Assembly (NCBI GenBank): GCA_902551855.1
Contig: CACDER010000001.1
Location: 5,531-69,530, forward strand
Reading direction: 5' to 3'
Source: an uncultured Cryomorphaceae bacterium
GTDB lineage: Bacteria > Bacteroidota > Bacteroidia > Flavobacteriales > UBA7430
DNA length: 64,000 nucleotides
Positions 27,130-35,508 of this stretch are shown piece by piece. The position numbers and the translations under genes are program-made. The notes below the pieces were generated by a model. It saw nothing but the letters and a program-made list of their open reading frames with translations, ran no database searches and was not told the DNA's origin. Each line of letters opens with the position of its first letter. Within the stretch, counting starts at the first letter, position 1.

Positions 27130-28347
27130 TTATATAGTTTTGATTGCTTCAGTTGGTTTTAATTTAAGTGCCTTTTTTGAAGGAAATATTGATGAAAATA
27201 AAGTAAATACTAATACTAATAATGTTATATAAATGTAATAATTATCATCAATTTTTGGATAAATTGTGCTTGATAATCCAACCGACTCAAGTCCATTTTT
27301 AAATATAGATAAATTTATTCCATTTTTAGACGTCAAATATATGGTTACATAGGCTAGTATCATTCCAAAAGGTCCCCCTATGAGTGATAATATGAATGTT
27401 TCATACAAAATTAAAGTAAAAATTTTAAATTTGTTCATACCAATAGCCATAAGCATACCTAATTCTCTTCTTCTTTCAAAAACAGCCATTAGCATGGTAT
27501 TTATAATTCCAAAAATTAATGCTAACATTATAATTACCATAATGAGAAATAACCAAGTTTCCATAACTTGATCAGCGTAAGCAAGTTCTGGTGCTAGGTT
27601 TTTCCAATTTTCAATTAAATACTCATTTAAGTTTATTTTTAGTTTATTTTCAATAAGATTAAGTTCATTAATATCAGTTAGTAAAATTGCAATTTCATGA
27701 AAACTATTATCATTTGAAATTCTTTGAAAGTCTTCACTTAACAGGAAAATATTTTGTTCATCATATTTAGTATATTGAGTTTTAAAAATACCACAAATTC
27801 TAAATGCACCAGATATAATTTCATTATTGGAATTTTGAAATGTGACTACCACTTTTGACTTTAACTTTACATTTAATCTTTTTGCTAGAGCATCTCCAAT
27901 TAAAACACTGTTTTTTTTCTTTTTTTCAAAGAAATCTCCCTCGATTACTTTTTTACTTATACTAGTTACCAGACTTTCTTTTCTTGGCTCAATACCTATT
28001 ATTTTTACTCCATTACTGTTGATTGTTGAACTTATCATACCTAGAGATAAAGTTCTTTTACAAAATGATTTTATTTGTTTAATCTCATTAACAAATTTTA
28101 CAATCTTATCGTGCTCTTTCAAATTAAATTTGTTATTATAATCTTTTTTAAATTTTGGGTTGTGTATTTGTAAGTGAGAGATTGAGCTGTTAATTGTATC
28201 AGATGTCCTTTGATAGTTAATTCCATAACAAAATGCAATTACAAACAAGCCAGCCCATATACCTAAAGCTATTGAAAAAATAACTACAGATGACCTCAAA
28301 GGAGTTCTCCAAATATTAAGAAAGGCTATTTTAATTATAGTAAACAT
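27130..28347 (-). CDS. ABC transporter permease, FtsX/MacB (type VII) family
   Basis: 405 aa. Layout is TM1, a periplasmic domain of about 220 aa, then TM2-4. The N-terminus IAFLNIWRTPLRS is typical of LolC/E-MacB permeases. Confidence 0.85.
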   Translation of the reverse strand: MFTIIKIAFLNIWRTPLRSSVVIFSIALGIWAGLFVIAFCYGINYQRTSDTINSSISHLQIHNPKFKKDYNNKFNLKEHDKIVKFVNEIKQIKSFCKRTLSLGMISSTINSNGVKIIGIEPRKESLVTSISKKVIEGDFFEKKKKNSVLIGDALAKRLNVKLKSKVVVTFQNSNNEIISGAFRICGIFKTQYTKYDEQNIFLLSEDFQRISNDNSFHEIAILLTDINELNLIENKLKINLNEYLIENWKNLAPELAYADQVMETWLFLIMVIIMLALIFGIINTMLMAVFERRRELGMLMAIGMNKFKIFTLILYETFILSLIGGPFGMILAYVTIYLTSKNGINLSIFKNGLESVGLSSTIYPKIDDNYYIYITLLVLVFTLFSSIFPSKKALKLKPTEAIKTI

Positions 28348-29567
28348 TATATTTTGAGTCCTTTGATTGGTTTTAAGAAAAATATTTTTGTGGATGGATA
28401 AAAGCTACACACTAAAACAATTATTGTAATAATTAAAACATGATTTAAAGCAATATTTAGATCTAACGAAGCAGGGATTATAGGTTCAAACCCATATTCT
28501 TCAATTGCAGAAGCAGCTTTCCCACCTATCCTGTAAGGAAAATAATAAAAGTAATATCTAACAGGCGTTACTAATATTAATCCAATAATTGAGGAAAAAA
28601 AACTCATTAACAAGCATTCTAAAATAACAACTACTACTAGTTTAATTTTATGCATTCCAATAGATATAAGTATTGAAAATTCTTTTATTCTTTCAGTTGT
28701 CATCATAAGTATAGTCCCGAAAATACCAAATGATAAAATCATATATAATATTCCTAGGATTACTAAACCTCCTGCACTATCTGCTTGAATAGTTTGAACT
28801 AACTCAGGAAGAAGATTTTTCCAATTCATTACAACTAAATCTTCATCAAGATTTGATTTTAAAATTTCTATTGTTTTTTCAACTTTAGACTTGTTTTTAA
28901 TATCTATTACCAAAGATGTATTTCTATTTTCTGCATCATATAGAGTCTGAGCAGATTTAATTGGCATAATTATTAGTCTCTCATTTATATCTGGTACAGG
29001 GAATTTAATTATACCTTCTATTTTAAAAATACCACTTGCACTTGAACCATGAAATCCTTGACCAAGAAGAACTATACTGTCATTACATCTAAGATTATAA
29101 TATTCTGATAAACCATCACTAATTAATATGTTTGAGCTAGAATTTTCGGGTATTGAACCTTTAACTATTTTAGAGTTTAAATTCATGAATAAATTTTCTT
29201 TTTCAAGATTTGCTCCTATCACAATTGTTCCCCTTGTTAAGTTGTTTGCAGCACTTAAAGCAAAACTTTCAAACCTTTCGTTAAATGATGATACATTATA
29301 TGAATTGCTTAATTTTTTTTGAAGATTCATATCTACCGCAAAACTATTATCAATAGTTCTCTCATTCCAGTAATCTTTATTTTGGATTTGAATATATCCA
29401 CTGTACATGCCAACCATATTTTCTACCATCTTATCATATACACCAATTTGTAATGATCGGGCAAAAATTGAAAAAAAAACAGCACAAATCATTGATGAAA
29501 TAGTTATAATACTTCTTTGTTTATTTCTCCAAATATTTCGCCAAGCAAGATTTAAATATAGTTTCAT
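28347..29567 (-). CDS. ABC transporter permease, FtsX/MacB (type VII) family (paralogue of 27130..28347)
   Basis: 406 aa with the same TM1 / periplasmic domain / TM2-4 layout. N-terminus LAWRNIWRNKQRS. Shares 1-nt start/stop overlaps with both neighbours. Confidence 0.85.
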   Translation of the reverse strand: MKLYLNLAWRNIWRNKQRSIITISSMICAVFFSIFARSLQIGVYDKMVENMVGMYSGYIQIQNKDYWNERTIDNSFAVDMNLQKKLSNSYNVSSFNERFESFALSAANNLTRGTIVIGANLEKENLFMNLNSKIVKGSIPENSSSNILISDGLSEYYNLRCNDSIVLLGQGFHGSSASGIFKIEGIIKFPVPDINERLIIMPIKSAQTLYDAENRNTSLVIDIKNKSKVEKTIEILKSNLDEDLVVMNWKNLLPELVQTIQADSAGGLVILGILYMILSFGIFGTILMMTTERIKEFSILISIGMHKIKLVVVVILECLLMSFFSSIIGLILVTPVRYYFYYFPYRIGGKAASAIEEYGFEPIIPASLDLNIALNHVLIITIIVLVCSFYPSTKIFFLKPIKGLKI

Positions 29568-30304
29568 TATTTAATTCTTTTCATATTTTGTTTGCTAAAA
29601 AAGTTAGAATTTATATTGATATTAAAATCAATATTATTATAAATTAATGTGGTTTTAGAATCAGGATTTTCATAAATTGGAATGACAGTTATTTTTGAAG
29701 GAAGTTTTTTATTATTAAATAATTTAATTTCTGATAATTTCATGATATTTATAAGTTCACCTTCTTCATCATAAAATTCACTTCTTCTTTGAAAATAAAA
29801 ACTTTTGTCAATGAAGGTTATTATTTTACCCCAAACAACAGGGGCATCATCTTTAGGGATTAATTTGATTTTGAAACATGAACTATTATCAATCAAGGTA
29901 TCGCCTAACAAAAAGTGAGAATAATCATCAAGAATAGAGGATTCTCTAATCAAATCATCATTTGTGAAGTCTGATCCCATCCAAGATTGCATCATCATTG
30001 ATGGAGGCAGTTTAATGATTCTCTCAATTTTAGGCTGCCAATTCCAAATTTCATTCTCCTTTTTTAAAAAGACTGTTCCTCTATCTCTTGAGGGGGCAGT
30101 AATTAAAATTAAAGAATAATTTGTTCCAAGACTCCATGCTTTCAAACTCATTTTTCTTTCCCACTTTGGTCTATTAATTGTAATCGAAATGTCAACTTTT
30201 TGACTATTACCAATAGTATAATTCTGGGATTTTTCAATAATTTCATATGCATTTTGAGCATTTAAGTCAAAACTTAAAAATATTAGAATTATAATTTTTT
30301 TCAT
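29567..30304 (-). CDS. secreted LolA-like 'outer-membrane lipoprotein-sorting' family protein
   Basis: Start set at the internal MKKIIILIFLSFDLNAQ signal peptide, because the 19 upstream codons of the ORF track overlap the preceding gene. The WMGSDFTNDDL motif and the size (245 aa) match the recalled LolA_like family. No lipobox Cys. Confidence 0.65.
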   Translation of the reverse strand: MKKIIILIFLSFDLNAQNAYEIIEKSQNYTIGNSQKVDISITINRPKWERKMSLKAWSLGTNYSLILITAPSRDRGTVFLKKENEIWNWQPKIERIIKLPPSMMMQSWMGSDFTNDDLIRESSILDDYSHFLLGDTLIDNSSCFKIKLIPKDDAPVVWGKIITFIDKSFYFQRRSEFYDEEGELINIMKLSEIKLFNNKKLPSKITVIPIYENPDSKTTLIYNNIDFNININSNFFSKQNMKRIK

Positions 30305-30305
30305 T

Positions 30306-30770
30306 TTAATATTTAATTCCAATTTTATCATAAATAAATGAAAGTAACCAGGCTGGACCAATCATTAAAAAAAAAATATCTTCAAGAAAAGATGGTTTTT
30401 TCCCCTCTATTTTATGTCCAATTAATTGAAAAATCCATGAAAATACAAATATTAACACTGGTAAAATTTCAAAATTTACATTGCTAATGGAATAAATTAT
30501 GTAATAATTAAGAATTGAAAAGATGAACATCCCAATTGCAATTTGTATTGAATAATACAAATAAAATATAATACCAAATAAAATAATAATAAATGCTAGG
30601 TTACATAAATAACTTGGTATTAGTGAACTTAAAAATGTTAATTTTATAAAATAAGTTAACCAGATTATTGAAAAGAAAATTAAAGGAACACAAAGCCAAT
30701 GAATTAACTTATTTATAAAATTTTGATGGCTTTCACCATATATTTCAAAGTAAGTTTTGATACTGGACAT
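30306..30770 (-). CDS. DUF962 / Mpo1-like membrane protein
   Basis: 154 aa with 4 TM helices. The N-terminal HQNFINKLIHWLCVPLIFFS motif and the later GHKIEGKKPSF motif are typical of DUF962. Confidence 0.65.
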   Translation of the reverse strand: MSSIKTYFEIYGESHQNFINKLIHWLCVPLIFFSIIWLTYFIKLTFLSSLIPSYLCNLAFIIILFGIIFYLYYSIQIAIGMFIFSILNYYIIYSISNVNFEILPVLIFVFSWIFQLIGHKIEGKKPSFLEDIFFLMIGPAWLLSFIYDKIGIKY

Positions 30771-31283
30771 TTATGATGTTCTAAAGTTAAATTTATGTTC
30801 TGATAGATCACTATTTGCTTTTAAAATTTTGTCTTTTAAAGACATTTTATATCCAATTAGTTTTTTCATTACCTCTTTATCCCCAGTTCCAATTATTTGC
30901 GTTGCTAAAATAGCAGCATTTTGAGAAGCATCTAAACCAACAGTTGCAACTGGAATTCCAGGGGGCATTTGTAATATTGATAGTATTGAATCCCATCCAT
31001 CAATTGAGATTGAGGATCTGCACGGTACACCAATTATTGGTAAATGAGTAAATGCAGCCATCACTCCTGGTAGGTGAGCTGCACCTCCGGCACCAGCTAT
31101 AATAACTTTTATTTCAGTTTCTAATAATTTTTGTGCATACTCTTCTACTTGTTTAGGAGTTCTGTGAGCAGATAATGCATTGACTTCAAATGGAATTTCT
31201 AGATTATCAAGAAATTTTGCTGCTTTACTCATAACTGGCCAGTCTGATGTACTGCCCATAATAATACTAACTAATGGTTTCAT
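30771..31283 (-). CDS. purE: 5-(carboxyamino)imidazole ribonucleotide mutase
   Basis: 170 aa with IIMGSTSDWPVM, SAHRTP and AGAGGAAHLPGV motifs. Confidence 0.95.
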   Translation of the reverse strand: MKPLVSIIMGSTSDWPVMSKAAKFLDNLEIPFEVNALSAHRTPKQVEEYAQKLLETEIKVIIAGAGGAAHLPGVMAAFTHLPIIGVPCRSSISIDGWDSILSILQMPPGIPVATVGLDASQNAAILATQIIGTGDKEVMKKLIGYKMSLKDKILKANSDLSEHKFNFRTS

Positions 31284-31298
31284 GGTTCATTTTTTTTA

Positions 31299-31306
31299 CA
31301 AAAATA
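31299..31306 (-). promoter_or_regulatory. candidate -7 promoter box (TATTTTTG) for purE and the downstream co-directional string
   Basis: The minus strand reads TATTTTTG 15 nt upstream of the purE ATG (31283), in the 118-nt divergent purE/adk region. Confidence 0.3.
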
Positions 31307-31401
31307 TAACTTTAAGAATAATTATAAAACTAATTGCATACAGATTATTTTTTTTAGAATTGATTTTTTATTTAATTAGTATAAAATTCATCAAAAATAT
31401 T

Positions 31402-31980
31402 ATGATTAATATAATTTTATTTGGTCCACCTGGATCTGGCAAAGGAACTCAGTCATTAAAAATTTCAAAAAAGTATAATTTATCTCATTTATCTACTGGA
31501 GATATTTTTAGAACTAATATCAAAAATAAAACTAATTTAGGGAAAAAAGCAATTTTTTATATTAACAAAGGGAACTTAGTTCCAGATGATATAACTCTTG
31601 CTATGTTAAAAAATGAATTCAACTCTTTTAAAAATACAAATGGATTTATTTTTGATGGTTTCCCAAGAACTATTTTTCAGGCAAATAACTTAGATGAATT
31701 TTTAAAAAGTAAAAATACTAATATATCTTCTGTCATATCCTTAGAAGTTGATGAAATAGAGTTGACTAGAAGACTTTTATTAAGGGGAGTCAATAGTAAA
31801 AGAAATGATGATATAGATAAAAATGTAATAAAAAATAGAATTGAGGTTTATAAAAAAGAAACATTTGTTTTAAAAAATTATTATGAATCCAAAGAAATTT
31901 TATCTGAAGTTAATGGCATAGGTTCTATTGATGAAATTTTTAAAAATATATCTGATAAATTAGATTTAATACTAGAGTGA
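31402..31980 (+). CDS. adk: adenylate kinase (short, LID-less form)
   Basis: Start set at [18 protein letters not shown] (31402). The upstream part of the 31180 ORF overlaps purE and the intergenic region. Motifs STGDIFR and DGFPRT. Confidence 0.95.
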   Translation: MINIILFGPPGSGKGTQSLKISKKYNLSHLSTGDIFRTNIKNKTNLGKKAIFYINKGNLVPDDITLAMLKNEFNSFKNTNGFIFDGFPRTIFQANNLDEFLKSKNTNISSVISLEVDEIELTRRLLLRGVNSKRNDDIDKNVIKNRIEVYKKETFVLKNYYESKEILSEVNGIGSIDEIFKNISDKLDLILE

Positions 31981-32975
31981 AATCAAAATTATCAAATTTT
32001 ATAGATTATGTAAAAATTTATTGTAAATCTGGGAAAGGTGGTTCTGGATCATCTCACCTTCATAGATCTAGACTAACTTCAAAAGGTGGACCAGATGGAG
32101 GAGATGGAGGTAGAGGAGGGAATATTTACTTACAAGGTAATAACCAAATGTGGACTTTACTTCATTTAAAATATACCAAACATATTAAAGCTGGAAATGG
32201 TGGTGATGGTTCTTCAAATAATTCATCTGGTATTAATGGAAAAGATATTTATATTGATGTTCCATTAGGCACTGTTGCAAGGGATGCTCAATCTAAAAAA
32301 ATTATATTCGAAATTACTTCTCATAAAGAAAAAAAAATTTTGAGAAAAGGAGGTCTAGGTGGAAGAGGAAATACATGGTTTAAAAATTCTATTAGGCAAA
32401 CTCCTAGGTATGCTCAATCTGGAATTTCAGGTGATGAGGGGTGGAATATTCTTGAACTTAAGGTTTTAGCAGATGTAGGTTTAGTAGGTTATCCAAATTC
32501 TGGTAAGTCAACACTATTATCAGTATTAACTGCAGCTAAACCTAAAATTGGAGATTATCCGTTTACTACTTTAGTTCCAAATCTAGGTATAGTATCTTAT
32601 AGAGATAACAAATCTTTTGTAATGGCAGATATTCCAGGAATAATCAAAGGAGCATCAGATGGAAAAGGTTTAGGATTTAGATTTTTAAGACATATTGAAA
32701 GAAATTCAATTTTATTATTTATTATTTCTTCAGATTCAAATGATATTAATAAGGAATTTAAAATACTAATAAATGAATTAAAACAATATAATAATGAGTT
32801 ATTAGATAAAGAAATAATTTTGGGAATTTCAAAATCAGATTTATTAGATAGAAAATTGATTCAAGAAGTTGAAAATAATTTATCAAAAAATATTAATTAT
32901 GTATTTTTCTCATCAATTACGAATTCAGGTTTAATGGATTTGAAAGATCAAATATGGAAAAAATTAAATGATTGA
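31977..32975 (+). CDS. obg: GTPase Obg/CgtA
   Basis: 332 aa. GTG start overlaps the adk TGA. Has the Gly-rich Obg fold ([11 protein letters not shown]) and the G motifs [13 protein letters not shown] and SKSD. Confidence 0.95.
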   Translation: MKSKLSNFIDYVKIYCKSGKGGSGSSHLHRSRLTSKGGPDGGDGGRGGNIYLQGNNQMWTLLHLKYTKHIKAGNGGDGSSNNSSGINGKDIYIDVPLGTVARDAQSKKIIFEITSHKEKKILRKGGLGGRGNTWFKNSIRQTPRYAQSGISGDEGWNILELKVLADVGLVGYPNSGKSTLLSVLTAAKPKIGDYPFTTLVPNLGIVSYRDNKSFVMADIPGIIKGASDGKGLGFRFLRHIERNSILLFIISSDSNDINKEFKILINELKQYNNELLDKEIILGISKSDLLDRKLIQEVENNLSKNINYVFFSSITNSGLMDLKDQIWKKLND

Positions 32976-33525
32976 AAGTATAATAAATTTTGATAAGAAT
33001 CTTTTAATCAAACTAAATAATTTAGGAACCGAAAAATTTGATTCTATTTGGATATTTTTAACTTCCACCAAAGCCTCAATTCCCCTTGTTATTTTAATAT
33101 TATATCTAACTTATAAGAAATACAACAATAAGTCTTATCAGATATTATTATTATTTTTATCTTGCATTTGTTTAAGTGATATAATTTCAGTTAACTGTTT
33201 TAAAAATGTTTTTATGAGATATCGACCTTGTTACGACCCAGAAATTGAAAATCTGGTAAGAGTAGTCAAAAATAAAGGTGGATTATATGGATTCGTGTCT
33301 TCTCATGCAACTATTTTTTTTTCAGTGATAACAATTTTTAGATTATTATTTCCTGAAAATAAAATAACTTTAATTATTTTAACTATGTGGACTTTAATAG
33401 TATGTTACAGCAGGATTTATTTAGGTAAACATTTCCCTTTAGACATAATTTTTGGGTGGCTTATCGGTTTTTTAATTGCATCAACAACTTATTATTTATA
33501 TAAGATTATTATAAAAATAAAATGA
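32968..33525 (+). CDS. PAP2-family lipid phosphatase
   Basis: 185 aa membrane protein carrying the three PAP2 motifs: [12 protein letters not shown] and [12 protein letters not shown]. Confidence 0.75.
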   Translation: MIESIINFDKNLLIKLNNLGTEKFDSIWIFLTSTKASIPLVILILYLTYKKYNNKSYQILLLFLSCICLSDIISVNCFKNVFMRYRPCYDPEIENLVRVVKNKGGLYGFVSSHATIFFSVITIFRLLFPENKITLIILTMWTLIVCYSRIYLGKHFPLDIIFGWLIGFLIASTTYYLYKIIIKIK

Positions 33526-33884
33526 AGATACTTTTAGTTTTTTTAGGTGGTGGATTTGGAAGTGTATTAAGATATTTATTTTCGATTATTTCTTCTAATT
33601 TCATTCATTATTATCAACCTGTTTCAACTCTTCTATCCAATATATTAAGTACACTAATATTTGGTTTATTTGTATTTATATTAGACAGTAAAATAATAAT
33701 TTCAGAGGAACTAAAATTATTTTTTTTATTTGGATTTTGCGGAGGATTTAGTACTTTTTCAACTTTCAGTTTTGAAACTTTTAATTTATTCAAACAAGGT
33801 TATATTTTTCTTTCAATATCCAATATTTTTTTTAGTATAACATCTTGTATTATAATATTATATATTCTTAATAAATATCATTAA
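33522..33884 (+). CDS. crcB: fluoride channel CrcB/FluC
   Basis: 120 aa with 4 TM helices. Motifs GGGFGSVLRY and GFCGGFSTFSTFS. The ATGA start overlaps the PAP2 stop. Confidence 0.85.
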   Translation: MKILLVFLGGGFGSVLRYLFSIISSNFIHYYQPVSTLLSNILSTLIFGLFVFILDSKIIISEELKLFFLFGFCGGFSTFSTFSFETFNLFKQGYIFLSISNIFFSITSCIIILYILNKYH

Positions 33885-33885
33885 A

Positions 33886-35508
33886 ATGAAAAGACTACTT
33901 TATTTATTGATTCTGATTAATACATATCTATTTTCTGAGGAGAACAAACCAAAATTAATTATAGGTTTAATTGTAGATCAGATGAGATATGATTACATAA
34001 ATAGATTTTGGGATGATTTTTCAGATGGAGGATTTAAAAAAATTAAATTAAGTGGTTTTAATTGTAAAAATGCCTCCTTCAGATTTATACCTACTTACAC
34101 TGGTCCTGGACACGCAACTATTTTCACTGGAACTAATCCAAAAAATCATGGAATAATTGCAAATAATTGGTATGAAAGGGATTCTAATGATTATATTTAT
34201 TGTGTTGGAGATGATCAATTCAAAACCATAGGATCTGATAATAATTCAGGAAAAAAGTCACCAAGAAAGATGTTGACTTCTACTTTTGGAGACGAATTGA
34301 GGTTGTCATCTATGTTTAGATCAAAGGTGATTGGTATATCTTTAAAGGATAGAGCAGCAATTTTAACAGCTGGACATACTGCTAACTATGCACTTTGGTT
34401 GGATTCAGAGTCTGGTAATTTTGTAACAAGTTCTTATTATACATCTAAACTTCCTGTTTGGTTAGAAAATTTTAATAATGAAAATTATTGTAAAAAATAT
34501 TTAGATAAAAAATGGAATTTATTATTAAATCCAAAAAAATATGATGAAAGTTTGAATGATAACAGTTCATATGAACAACCATTTAAAGGTGAAAAAAATC
34601 CAAGATTCCCCTATGATTTAAAAAAAATATCTCAAGAAAATGGACTGGCTACGATAAAATATACACCCTATGGAAATTCATTAATATTTGACTTGGCAAA
34701 AAAGGTAATAAAAGAGGAAGATTTAGGTAATGATGATTTTACAGATTTATTATCCATAAGTTTATCTTCCACAGATTATATTGGACACAAGTTTGGCGTT
34801 GATTCAAAAGAAATACACGATACTTATTTAAGGTTAGATAAAGATTTAGATTTATTTCTTGTTTATTTGGACGAAATTTTAGGTATTGAAAATATTTTAA
34901 TTTTTTTAACTTCTGATCATGGTGCAGTTAGGTCTCCATCATACCTGAATGATAGGAAAGTACCTTCTGGATATTTCAATGCTGACAAACCAATTAATGA
35001 TTTAAAAGAATATTTGAATAATATTTATGGTTTTGGAAATTGGATCAAAACTTATGGAAATACCCAAATATATTTGAATAGAGATTTAATTTTTGAAAAT
35101 TTTTTAGATTTATCAAAAATTCAAACTCAATGTTCTAATTTTTTGATTAAGTATGATGGTATTAAAAATGTTATATCTGCAGACGTTATAATTAACAATG
35201 AATTCTCTGAAGGAAATTATAGATCTATTCAACAAGGTTATAACCATAAAAGATCAGGTGATATATTGCTGATTTTAGAGCCCGGTTGGATAGAATATGA
35301 AAAATTAGGAACGACTCATGGTTCAGGATATAGTTATGACCAACATGTCCCATTAATCTGGTATGGGTGGGATGTAAAACCTGGAATATCATCTGATCAA
35401 ATTAGTATTAGTGATATTGCACCAACATTATCAAATATACTTGAAATATCATTTCCAAATGGAACGTCTGGAAATAATAAAATTATCAATATTCCTTTTA
35501 GCGAATAA
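33886..35508 (+). CDS. pafA: alkaline phosphatase / nucleotide pyrophosphatase family, PafA-like
   Basis: 540 aa with a signal peptide. Motifs VDQMRYDY, PTYTGPGHATIFTG (Thr nucleophile context), DYIGHKFG, TSDHG and GTTHGSGYSYDQHVP. Confidence 0.7.
   Translation: MKRLLYLLILINTYLFSEENKPKLIIGLIVDQMRYDYINRFWDDFSDGGFKKIKLSGFNCKNASFRFIPTYTGPGHATIFTGTNPKNHGIIANNWYERDSNDYIYCVGDDQFKTIGSDNNSGKKSPRKMLTSTFGDELRLSSMFRSKVIGISLKDRAAILTAGHTANYALWLDSESGNFVTSSYYTSKLPVWLENFNNENYCKKYLDKKWNLLLNPKKYDESLNDNSSYEQPFKGEKNPRFPYDLKKISQENGLATIKYTPYGNSLIFDLAKKVIKEEDLGNDDFTDLLSISLSSTDYIGHKFGVDSKEIHDTYLRLDKDLDLFLVYLDEILGIENILIFLTSDHGAVRSPSYLNDRKVPSGYFNADKPINDLKEYLNNIYGFGNWIKTYGNTQIYLNRDLIFENFLDLSKIQTQCSNFLIKYDGIKNVISADVIINNEFSEGNYRSIQQGYNHKRSGDILLILEPGWIEYEKLGTTHGSGYSYDQHVPLIWYGWDVKPGISSDQISISDIAPTLSNILEISFPNGTSGNNKIINIPFSE

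Noticed and set aside
26803-27162. A 119-aa ORF antisense to the MacB/LolD-type ATPase. Similar antisense ORFs occur at 22592-22906 (in aroB), 52477-52782 (in maeB), 27842-28141 and 29128-29322 (in the permeases), 1647-1850 (in hutU), 9190-9405, 9944-10156, 12102-12302, 17765-17998, 20908-21096, 23536-23730, 24625-24876, 27380-27571, 36283-36468, 38573-38755, 47108-47335, 49883-50101, 51988-52203 and 56318-56575.
   Set aside because: Each lies entirely within a well-supported gene on the other strand, with strong family motifs on the sense strand. The translations are low-complexity and carry no domain signatures. Shadow ORFs opposite ABC ATPases and other conserved genes are a well-known artefact.
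30305-30361. The upstream 19 codons (MVQPGYFHLFMIKLELNIK) of the LolA-like ORF.
   Set aside because: They overlap the 3' end of the DUF962 gene. The internal Met at 30304 begins a textbook signal peptide and leaves a 1-nt gap to the upstream stop.
31180-31401. The N-terminal 74 codons of the 266-aa ORF containing adk.
   Set aside because: This part runs antisense through the 5' end of purE and then across the divergent promoter region. The canonical adenylate kinase N-terminus [17 protein letters not shown] begins at 31402. The extension is hydrophobic nonsense.
31284-31401. The largest intergenic region (118 nt, between purE and adk), examined for a purine riboswitch or a small RNA.
   Set aside because: The sequence is almost pure A/T with no G/C-containing helices. 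It cannot form the conserved purine-riboswitch three-way junction. It is best explained as two back-to-back promoters.
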